Below are positions 1 through 10,830 of a stretch of DNA of 64,000 nt, piece by piece. How positions within the stretch are numbered: the stretch's first letter is position 1; each line of letters starts with the position of its first letter. The DNA is from Felis catus (lineage: Eukaryota): positions 167,774,001 through 167,838,000 of the forward strand of contig NC_058368.1 in NCBI RefSeq assembly GCF_018350175.1, given 5' to 3'. The notes beneath the pieces are model-generated. The model saw only the letters and a list, made by a program, of their open reading frames with translations. It was not told the origin of the DNA and did no database searches. The position numbers and the translations under genes are program-made.

Positions 1-248
1 TCATCAACGGAACACTCAGACATATGCAATAACAATTAATTCAGTCATTTTTGACATTTTGCCAACTTTAGATCATATAAAGGCTATAATTTTACCTATA
101 TTTTTCAATTTTGTCTCTATGAAATATATTTGTCAAGGAAGGGAAATAGAACATATTTTAACAGCTTATTAGCTTTAAATATTTCGGCATATGGTATGCG
201 GGTGTTTATTTGTCATCTTGTCCTGGCCCCTAAAATATGGGCTGCCTG
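1..248 (-). mobile_element. hAT-Tip100 DNA transposon fragment (Zaphod-like)
   Basis: tatttgtcaaggaagggaaatagaacatatttt...catatggtatgcggg...cttgtcctggcccctaaaat...gcctg resembles the reverse complement of the Zaphod terminus (from recall). Confidence 0.5.
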
Positions 249-891
249 ATTTCAATTGCATGCCTAATTATCTGTCTTTACCAGGCTACCATAAATTTTG
301 GAAGAACAATTATTTGTTTTGCTTATTGTATCTCCTGTGTCTGGTATAGACCTGGTATATAATTGATCCTCCTAGAAATGAGTTGCCCTTCATTGAACTT
401 TGAAGTCACCTTCATTGATGACAACTCATTGAGCTATTGAGCGTGGGCCACTGTATTAAAAATTCACGTTATGTGCACACTAAGTACTACAGGCAGTAAG
501 TCTTGCTAAATCCAAGACTATAATATGGGGATAATATTACCTACTTCACAGGGTTGTTGTGAACATTTGAAAAGATAATTCATACGAAGAACTTAGCACA
601 GGGCTGGCGCAGAGTATCCACCCAGTTAAATGGTGGATGGTGGCAGTAGTAGAGGGAGTAATCAGTGAACGTTGGTAGTAGTAGGGATAGCTGTAATTGT
701 GGTAGTTGTAAGCAGTGATGCTGATAGGGAAGTTCAGCAGTGAACTGTATCTTTGGGCTCAGAGGGTCAGGAAAGGCATTATGAAGGAAAACATAGAGGT
801 ATTAGAGAGTTGAGGGTACTTGAAAGAATGTTATTTTTTAAAAGATATATCAAGGAGTCTAAGCTGGCAGAAAAAAAAAAAAAACTGAAGA

Positions 892-1110
892 GGGGCACCT
901 GGGTGGCTCAGTCGGTTGAGCGTCCGACTTCGGCTCAGGTCATGATCTCAGGGTTTGTGAGTTCGGAGTCCCACATCGGGCTCTGCGCTGATGGCTCGGA
1001 GCCTGGAGCCTGCTTCGGATTCTGTGTCTCCCCCTCTCTCTGCCCCTTCCAAGCTCATTCTCTGTCTCTGTCTCTCAAAAATGAATAAACGTTAAAAAAA
1101 TTTAAAAAAA
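892..1110 (+). mobile_element. Can-SINE (SINEC_Fc-type)
   Basis: GGGGCACCTGGGTGGCTCAGTCGGTT head, (CT)n region and A-rich tail; TSD AAAACTGAAGA at 881-891 and 1111-1121. Confidence 0.95.
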
Positions 1111-3300
1111 AAAACTGAAGAAAGACAAAGTAGAGGAACCCACGGGTCAGTTGGAGAAAGAATAGGGTGGTAGCACTGAGTGGTATAATTCACAAAAGAA
1201 CTGGCATGGAGGGAAAGAAGGCAGGGGAATCACAGTTAAGGTGTAGCAGCAGAAAGCAGAGAGTACTGACTCAACCTTCCTGCTAGCCTTGAGGCATACT
1301 AGATGGGAGAGAATTAACAGCCAGATCTTGAAAGGGGTGAGGAGATGCAAAATCCTTGGGGAAGGTCCTCCTTGAGAAGAGAGTTAATGAGAGCACTCTG
1401 AGAAATGATTATATACCTGTGGGTTGGGGGGGGGGTGTGGAATATGGCAATTCCAGACAGCAAAGTAGAAGTTTTGTTGGTAGCAGGTAGGGACTGGGGA
1501 GCTGGGTCAGGAGCAAGGAAGAAAATGGTGATGGAGCAATTCAGCAGGATATGAAGATCTGAGTTTGTTGAGAATCCATTCACTATGGAGCTTATGTTTG
1601 CTGCTCTGACTGATGAAAACAGGGAGGAGAGGTATTGTGAATTTATTTTCACCAGTTTCCTTGGAAAGGAATAATATATCATCACAGTCCTGTCACCAAA
1701 CGTGTCTGAACTTAGATAAATGACGCAGCTTTCTGTGACCATCTCTTCATTTAAAATATAAACTCAGTAATACTTGCCGTGTGTATCAATGAACATTTAA
1801 ATATATATTTATTATATATGTTTAAATATATAAAATCTTAAACATAATAAAATTTTAATATATATTTAAATATACATATTATGTATATATACAGTTGAAG
1901 GCTTAGAAAAAATTTTAAATGCTTTTAAAATATAAGGTATGATTATGATACTCATATATCAAGTCGGATCATGTTCTCAGTTCAAATATTCCAAATACAC
2001 TAGTGCTGTAAATATGTGGAGACCTGTGAGATATGAGCTTTTACTGCTTGCTAGATTTTTGTGAGACATGAATGATTCAGAACACTGGTCCTAACAATAA
2101 CCTCAACCATCGATATGTTGCAAGTCAAGTTGGATGAAGAGGTACATGAAGAAAGAAGAGTAAAGATTAGAAGAAGGTAGGCTAAACAACTAGATGGTTC
2201 CATGAAACCAAAGAAGAGGTTGTGGTGGAGAGCACAGATAAGTCTTCTACTTCCCAACTGGAGCCATGGCTCCATTCCGTGCCACACAATGCAGCAGTCT
2301 TGAGTGGGGAAATAAAGAAGAACTTAACAGGATAGAAATTAAATTAGCAACGTGAAAGGACCTGAGTCATATTTGGGTAGAACAGTGATATTACTTCCCT
2401 GGATGTAGCAATATTTTTTCCCCAAAGCTTGGCCATGTACAGCTTTAGTCATACATCTCTCCAGAAAGTTTTAATTCACGTATTTTCTCCTGTGTTAATG
2501 TATCACATTGAGTGTTGACAGACTAGGCATTTAATTATCTCAGATTGCTGTACTTTCCTTCTTGAATAATGAACTGGATCCTGTACCAAAGTGTGAAGTA
2601 CATACAACTTCTCTGAGACACGGGGGACTCTTCCTGAAGTTGCATGGGGATTCAGCTATTCACATATACCCCAAGGGGGTAAGTGAAGCAATTATCTGGA
2701 GATTTCAGGAAAACTACTGACTTGTCTTAATTATCTGGATATAAGTAAAATCCAATTTCAACAAACTTTAAGACACTAATTGTTTTGAATATTGAATATT
2801 GTTTGCAAGAAGTATGTCATCATTTGGGCATTAGACCTCTGTTATATAGGTAGTTATCATTGTAATGATGTCTGTTATAATCAGATTTAACCTTCTTAAA
2901 CTATCTAGAAAGTGGCCTTAAATGATCTTTTTTTTTTTTTAAGATACATAATCCACTTTGAGTAAACACAAACAGAAAATGCACTTATCAGTGCTATTTG
3001 GACTTGCAGACTGTGAACTCTGCCATACTCTAGTTGTGGTTCTTGCAAAATAATTTATTCCGAGTTCACTGAAATGAAGGCAGCAATGGGTTTGGCTTCC
3101 TTATCCTAGTCAGGTTAGCATTCCAGGATGTTCGTTTAAATCAGCTTACACATGGTATTGTTCAGATGTATCTGAGCAGTGCCTTCCCTTAGGCTGGCCC
3201 TTCATGTGGACTGGTTATATGAGCTGCTGCATGTGGCAAGGTCATCACTCCCAGTGCCCAGCCTTCCCCCTCAACATGTTTAGGCAATACTACAAGAGGG

Positions 3301-4085
3301 GTTCTAAGTAGTTTCTCTGTAAGCATCTTTACCTCAAGCATTTTCACCGGAAGCATTTTTACCACATAACCAATTGGCTGTAAGGCAATTTTGCTGTAAA
3401 AGAAAATCACAAAAAAATAAAAGGTGGACATTCATTAAAAAGAATATAATGAAACATGAAAAATGAACAACAGAATTTTAAAAACTTTATTTCAAAATAC
3501 AGTCATTTGATTACATTTAGAATGTGTGTAGTTTCAGGCAATACTGTGCAAATAACTGATTTTATTTTGTGAATTGTACCTAAGCACTTGTCTTCTAAGT
3601 CTTTCGTTCATAGTATTATACTTTCTTTTGGTTGTTGATTCATCTTGCTCAATATTGCACTTTTTCTATTTTTACTAAAATTTCTTCCTTCATTCAGAGT
3701 CAGTTTCCAAATATTAGGATATATATTTGCAATTGACCTTTGTATTGCCTGTTGAAAGCTTTCTCCACTGCTCTTTATTCTTGGCATGTTGTTACATGTC
3801 CATTGATGGATATTCCGAAGTTCTATGGGAAGCATAGGATCAAAACTCTGCACCAGTGTATAGACCATCATAAGGGCTGAGATTTATATAATATAAAATC
3901 GAAGTTCTGTGTCAATGGAGAAATGAAACCAAACTGTCAAACCAAACTGTCAACCAGTTATTTTTTTATCTTTTTACAGCAAAATTGCCTTATGGCCACT
4001 TAGTTATGCGGTGAAAATGTGTGCGGTGAAAATGCTTGCAGCAAAGATGTCTACAGCAAAGATGCTTATGGTGAAAATATGGAAC
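3301..4085 (-). mobile_element. Non-autonomous Mutator-like (MULE/MuDR) DNA transposon with transposase C-terminal remnant
   Basis: ~120-bp imperfect TIRs (3301-3420 vs 3957-4085) built of 15-bp units; 9-bp flanking repeat acaagaggg/acaggaggg; minus-strand peptide PMLPIELRNIHQWTCNNMPRIKSSGESFQQAIQ...YPNIWKL, then NERLRRQVLRYNSQNKISYLHSIA. Confidence 0.75.
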
Positions 4086-4463
4086 AGGAGGGTATGTGGG
4101 CTTGCCACCTCATATTTTCATGCCACTACAAAGTCTTTAATTACTACCAGACCACAAGGGGTTGAGTCCCATTAAGAAATAGAAGAGCAATACACCAATT
4201 ATCTGAAGGCCTAGCATAGCATCTTACAACCAGAGGGTGCTAGAATATTTACTAAGTAAATGAGAATGTATCTATGGTGTGCCCGATATTCAAACACAGC
4301 TGCCACAGAACTATCTAAAAAAAAAAAAAAAAAACCTGCTTCACACACATTTATAGTTTGATCCAACTTTCCATCTCAACTTTAAACCTCAATTTTCAAC
4401 CACCCAACTGACATCAGCATTTTAAGGCCCCATAAGCCATTCAAAATCAACATTCTAAAAAGC

Positions 4464-5119
4464 TGGTATGGCAGGCATCCCCTAAAATGGCAGCCAATGA
4501 TCCTGATCCTGCCTCTTGGTATTCATGCCCTTGTGCAATCCCCTCCTCTGCAATACGCTGGGTCTGGCAACGTGCTTCCAACACACAGAATGTAACAAAA
4601 GTTATAGGACATTAATGGTGGGTTTAGGTTCCCCAAAACCTCTGGCATTTGTGTTGCTTGCCCTCTCTTGCTCCCTCATCCTGTCTCTCCTTTGTTCACA
4701 CTCTCTTTTTCTTAGAGCCCTTGCTCTAAGGGGAAACAAGCTGCCATGCTGTGAGTAGCTCTGTGGAGAGGCCCATGTGGCAAAGAACTGATATCTTAGC
4801 CAACAACCAATGAGAACCTGAGGCCTGCCATAGCCACGTAATTGAGCGTGTAAGTGGGTTGTCTGAGACCTCACAACAGCTATGTGAGTGAGCCTAGGCA
4901 TGGATCCCTCTGAAGAAGTCTTCAGTCTCAGTCAAGCTTGAGAAGAATGCAGTCCCAGGTGACACCTTGATTGTACCCTGTGAGAGACCCTGAGTCAGAA
5001 ACACCCAGAAATCCGTGTCTGGATTCCTGACCCATAGAAAATGCAAAATAATAAATGTTTATTGTTTTAAGCTACTACTTTTGGTAGCTAAAAACAATAT
5101 ATATTAGATAACCAATATA
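4464..5119 (+). mobile_element. MaLR solo LTR (MLT1F/G-like)
   Basis: Typical MLT1 blocks: ggagaggcccatgtggcaaagaactg; gacaccttgattgtaccctgtgagagaccctgag; gattcctgacccatagaaa...aataaatg...ttgttttaagc; ends tagataaccaatata. Confidence 0.8.
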
Positions 5120-5659
5120 GCCAGTCCTGTGTTTTCTAGGGTATTATAACAGTCGAATAAATGGTATCCTTGCTCCATACTGCATTTTCTTACCACAAAT
5201 CCAATCATACTCACCTTATTAAAAATATTTTATGGATCCTTATTGCTCTAAAAGAAAAATTCTAAAAATCCAGCACAGAACATCCTAGCTCCTTTGTAAT
5301 TTGGCGTTTACCTGCAGCTTTTCGACCTATTTTCTGTTAGTGCTACCACTCTAAATGTCTCTGCTCCAATGACACCAAATTACCGGCAAATTCCCAAGCA
5401 CACCACATATTTTATGTTCTTCTATTTTGTCTTGGCTATTCCTTCTGTCTGGAATGCCCTCTCCACCTTTCTCCTCTTTCTCCTGGAAAACTGCTACCCA
5501 TCCTTCAGGCCCCAGGCTCTGATCTTCCTCCCTGGAAAGCCTTCTCTGTTACAGGCAAACTGAGGCACTCCCTCCTCTGTGGTCCCACAGTTTTTGCTCC
5601 TATCACATCGTAGTGTCTCTGACTAGAACACAAATTACTCACAGGCAGGAAACTTGATT

Positions 5660-5905
5660 CCTAGAGCATGATCATTAAAAGCAAAGAGTTGGGAGCCAGG
5701 CTGATGGTGTTAAAAATCCTGACCTTACCTCTTCATTTAGCGGTGAGCCTTGGACAAGCTTTTAAACCTAAGTCTCAATTTCCAAATCTGTAAAATGAGG
5801 ATGATAAAAGAACCTACCTATAGGGTTGTTTTATAGTTCAATGAGGTATGTGGAAGGTACTCAGCACAGTGGCTGGTGGTACTAAGAGTTCAGTACATGT
5901 CATTT
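5660..5905 (+). mobile_element. MIR SINE
   Basis: Core ccttggacaagc...tctcaatttccaaatctgtaaaatgaggatgataa...agggttgtt. Confidence 0.7.
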
Positions 5906-6294
5906 TTACTCATATCTATAACCACAGAGACTAGCATATAGTACAATTTCGATTAACATTTCATGATCCTCGGAGAATTATTTGCATTTCCAATGGGGAC
6001 AAAAGTAGGCAAAGAAATAAATGTTATAATAGTGGAATTTCAGACATTCTGGATACCTGTTTTGCTTCCTTCTAAGATTGGTCCTAGGTATTAATAGAAA
6101 ACAGCTAATAAATTAACAGGTAAGAGACGGAGCAGGGTTCATTTATTCAGTGGTAACTATTTGTGAAAAGTCTGGAAATGAAAAGATTTTCCCCAATAAT
6201 TAATGAAGTGATTGTAGTGTTGAGGATGAAGAAACCATTTGCATTAAAAAAAGTTGCCAGGGTATCAATTTGAAGAGCTTTGACAAGCTCTTTC

Positions 6295-6510
6295 AAGTGG
6301 TAGGATGCAGTAGAAGAGGCATAGGCTGAAGAGTCTGAAGACCTGAGTTCTAGATCCAACTCTGCATTTATTGGTATGTCTTAGGGGAGGACATACTCAT
6401 GCCATCTGTGAATGGGGATTGGCAATACCCATTCTTCCTAATTCACAGCAGGTTGGGAGGAGCAAATGAGACCATGTATGAGAAGACAATGTTAGAAAGT
6501 TTAAGAAAAC
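6295..6510 (+). mobile_element. MIR SINE (degraded)
   Basis: gagtctgaagacctgagttctagatccaactctgc...catctgtgaatggggat... Confidence 0.6.
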
Positions 6511-8264
6511 AGAAATGCATGATGTCTGTATTTTTTGTGGTTTCCTATTTAAATAAGAAATAGTCAAGCACGTGTAAGGACAGCAATGAAAGACATAATT
6601 GATTCTGCTTATGTAAATGTGTTTTTTTTTTCTTATATGCTTTCCAAAAAACTCAAAAGGAAGTCATAAGACTAAAAGTCATTTTAAGGAGATTTTTTTT
6701 TTTTTTAATTGGAGTAAAAGTGATTTTTCTTTTTTGGAACTAACAGAACACGACTTTAAAAAAAATGAAAAAAAGAAACCCTGAGAGATCCAATATTTAT
6801 CACAAAGGAACTAAAAATTAAGAGCTAAGAAATAGCTTCTTTACTCAGTGCTTGAGTTCTTAAAGATGTCATTGGGCCAGGTAGATCAACTCTTAAATAT
6901 TAGCAAGCCTCTGTATTTCCCAGGGGTCTATCTGGAATCTCTCCGTGGTCACTTAAACAACTTGTCTTGAAGGGGGAAACTTACCTGATCTTTTCCAAAA
7001 CCTCTGTTGTAAGTAAAAAAATCAAATGCAAAAGACAACTCCAGGTAAACTAGATAAACATGATTCATTCCAGTAGAAAACAAATAATGAAAGAAAGTGG
7101 TAGACAACCAACATGGTCCACATATTAAATGGGGTATTCCGATTCTAGAGGTTTCTTCTTTGATGATCTCTCAGAGATAAAAACCACTTTTCACAATTTG
7201 AAACAAAAGTAAATGGAAGTTTGCAATGCTAAGAACCCCTGTGGAAATAAGGCGAAATAAGACAAGGCCTTCAGACCTGTGAGAAAAATCAATCTGATGG
7301 AAAATTGACAAACTTGTTTAACGTGAGGCACCAGAGCTAAGGGCTGACCTCAGAGACCTCCACTGAGACACCCGTGAAGTTCCCGTCAGTTCCCTTAATC
7401 CGTTCAATTACACAACAGCATTGCAAAGGGAACCGTTTTTTTTTTAACCAAACATCACTTTAAATTAACTTTTTTTGCCATTGTGCTTTAAGTTCCAATT
7501 TCTTTCTCTTCATTCTCTCCTCTATACTAAATTATTAAAATCACCAACTGCTCTAAAATCAAAAATATTTCAGAAAGCAGTGATGCCAAATTTGGATTGA
7601 CTAAAGTGAAATCAGACAGAAGGAAAGATATTTTGAACATTTCCACGCTTGGTGCATTGTTTAAGGATATGGCAACAAGTAATTAAAATTGACTACTTGG
7701 CTTTTCCCCCATGAAACCAACGCTAAGCTCAGTGTTTGGCCCCATTATAGCCTAATTCAGACCAGGCAGTCATCTGAATGAAATGAAACACACTAATATA
7801 TTTACAAACAGACTGGCTTTTTTCTTCATCTATAACTTGTTTCTTTTTAAAAATATATTTATGAGCTCTAATAAGATGATAAAATAAGTAAAATTAGATT
7901 TTAATTGAAAAGCCAAATTGGAAAGTCAGAATGAAAAGACAAAGTAGATAAACTTTCACAACTAGAGAAAGGAAGAGGTCTTGATTGTTTTTAATAAACA
8001 GATTTTATGTCACTTAAATGGACCTGCATGTGTAGCTAGCCATCAAAATTCCCATCATCTATTTATACATACATTTACACAAATAAAAATGTATACACAA
8101 GCTCACAGAGGGAGAATTTTACTCTGCTCTTACACACAAATTACAGACATGCTCCCACCACTGGCCTTGTTGCCTTGGGTGATCACTGCTATCTCCAGGC
8201 AGGAAGTCTCTGTTCATACACGTCAGCTCCTGGCCTACTCCCTCATTTTACTGTACTGTTACAG

Positions 8265-8691
8265 TGTTGAGGAAGGTCATTGAAGAGACATGACTGCTGG
8301 TTGACCCATGAGCTGGCTGCAGGCAATCCAAGGCTCCTCTTCCCCTTCCCTGTCCTTGGAATGCGGGTTCCCCTTGCCTTTCCCACTCCCAGAGACTGCG
8401 CCAAGGACATAGCCTTGAGATAGTGATGTGGTGTTCAGAACACCTGCATAGTATACATGACTGAACCTGGTTAAGGTGTCGGTAAGCTTTCAGATTTGAC
8501 AGGCAGGTGCAAGGATTTAGTCATCTTGCTCCTACCCAAGACAGGCCTTGTGTTTAAGTTCCCTTTGCTTATTAAAATTGCCACCTACCAACCTGAAGAG
8601 GCCTGCCCCTTTCCTTGGCCTCTCCCTGCCCTCTGAGTACAGGGGCCAGTTTCAGATCACACCCGAGAAGCTCCAAGAGGGTTGCCAAACA
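8265..8691 (+). mobile_element. Solo LTR, probably carnivore ERV1-type (CarLTR-like)
   Basis: TG...CA ends (tgttgagg...ccaaaca), ~430 bp, ATTAAA at 8571 followed by a C-rich U5-like tract; interrupts an old L1-like segment. No clean TSD. Confidence 0.55.
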
Positions 8692-9189
8692 ATATGTACA
8701 CATCTGTTATCCCTATTCCATTGTGCTCAACAATTGAGTTCAACCAACTCACTGAATCCGCTCTGTGTCAAACACTGTACTATGTGCTAGATACACAGAA
8801 ATGGTCCCTACTGTCAACAAACTTACGGAATAGTGAGCCCTTTACAGTTCCTGCATGGAAGGGCCCTGTACTCCAGGTAGCACTGAGCAGAATAAAATAG
8901 GTGACTCCCCAAATAACAAGTAGGTTTTATTTAAAAAGACAAGTGGGGGGGCTTATTGTTTGATTGGGAATTGATTCACATTTATTTCTCTGAAAAAAAA
9001 AAAGTTTGCAATGGTTCTTACATGCCTAGGCATATGAAAGCTTGTTTAACTCCTAATGTGGTTGAAATTCCCCGTGATGCCAAAGAAACGTGCAGTTAAA
9101 GGAAACTGCACTGTTGTAAGTGTAAACCATGTGAAATATGAGTTCCCTACTTTTTAAAAGTCTGTACCATCAGAGTATAGAAAAGACTT

Positions 9190-9370
9190 TCAAATATTAC
9201 CTCATTTGATCCCATGAGTTCAGAGACTTATTGATGTCAATTTTTATGAATGAAGAAACCAGGTTCAGTGAGACCATGTGGCTTGGTAGGGATCACCTAG
9301 TTAGGAAGTGGTGTGTTTAGGCCTGGGAACCTCCTGATGCAAGAACCCAGGTTCTTCCTTCTACCTGAGA
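9190..9370 (-). mobile_element. MIR SINE
   Basis: ctcatttgatcc...tttttatgaatgaagaaaccaggttcagtgag... (MIR core, reverse orientation). Confidence 0.6.
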
Positions 9371-10639
9371 CTGTCTCCGAATATCTCTGCGGTCATATAA
9401 GCTATTGCATTAAAGAATTGAATTTTATTTAAAATTAGAAGTAAAATGATTACCTAGAACTTTCCAGTGTTCCTGGTATATTTGATTTCTTCCTTGTATC
9501 TTCAAAGAATAAATGCTCTTGGAGAAGGACGAATTTATCCTGAAGTGGTTTTTATTGGCAGTGGATGAGCAATGGGTGAACCATAAATTACTAGGTTTAC
9601 CAGTTGTTGGTGCCATTTCTAGATAATGACCATCCTTAAAAATTTTTCTCTTTTGATGTTCAGGTTTCAAAATCAATATACTGATTACTTTAAAAAGAGA
9701 GAAAGGAGCTGCTGCTAAAATAAGAAAAAATAAAAGTAAAAGGAAACTGGTCTGATTTGATTTAGACATGGATCATCCAATTTTTTTGTTTGTTTCTTAA
9801 ATGTTAGAGTGAAAGAGAAATCTCAAGACAGTCATTAAGACATTAGTTGTACATGGGTTGCATATTTTATCAAGCATTTTATGCAAAAGATGAGCTCTTC
9901 AAGAAAATCAGACTTAAGTAGATTTTCTTTCTTTCTGAGGGATCAAAGGTGTCATCAAATGATTGATACTTGTAAAAACTGACTTCAAAATGAAAATGCC
10001 TGAATTCCAGTTCTGGGCTGAGGATAAAGAAACAGAGGCATTTACACCACAAATTGCTAGACTGAGTGTCGGAGGTGAATCTGTTGAGAAATGGAGTATC
10101 TCCTGCTGTTTCTAAGTTCACAATACACCTTCTGTATGCAGACTAACTCCCGCCCCCTCCACCCGGCTCCATTTCACTTATACTACACACATAGTTTATT
10201 ACTGTACCATATAACGGTGACATATTACTTTTACTTTGTGAGTAGCATATTGCACTTTCCCACATGTTCCCAAGCTGCAAGCTTTTGTTAGGTCTCGTGG
10301 GAAATTTGTGATGGTGTGAAGTGAACTCCTGTCACCACTCGATGGATTGCAAAAATAGTGTAGTTCTTGCCAAAGACCAAGATCGTATCTTGAAAGATGG
10401 CACTGATCAAATCAGTATCTTCCAAGATTTGTTGTAGCCAACCTTATTTCAGTGTATGAAATGCATATAGTATGAGGACACATAGTTGGCTATCTCCTTT
10501 TATTGTATTCCTTCTAGCTAATCCTTTGGCACGGATTTCCAGAAGTATAAAACACGCAAGGTGGGTATGTCCAGACATCTCCGTTGCCACTCTGTGGGCA
10601 CGGGACTGACCACAGCTGGTGGTCAGCGATCGTGAAGAG

Positions 10640-10830
10640 GATATCGTGGAGTCCCACAGACCTAGATTCAAAGCCAAGCTCTGTTGCTGAGTGGACATGT
10701 AACCTTGGGCAAGCTACCTAACCCTTCTGAGCCTTGGTTTCCTTCTCTGCACAGTGGAGCAGAGCAATAATGTTTACACCACAGGCGTGAGAAGTACCAG
10801 GCACACAGCAGGCACACCTTATATGCTAAT
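10640..10830 (+). mobile_element. MIR SINE
   Basis: gtaaccttgggcaagctacctaacccttctgagccttggtttccttctctgc. Confidence 0.7.

Noticed and set aside
753..1088. 111-aa ORF, and similar ORFs at 27235, 33195, 33247, 34277, 36826, 37278, 38269, 59899, 59904, 62925, 62948
   Set aside because: Translations of Can-SINE sequence (WVAQSV…PTSAQVMIS…); not genes.
1421..1440. G-run with possible G-quadruplex
   Set aside because: Essentially one homopolymer tract with no functional context.
1750..1935. AT-only quasi-palindromic stretch
   Set aside because: Low-complexity sequence; self-complementarity expected by composition.
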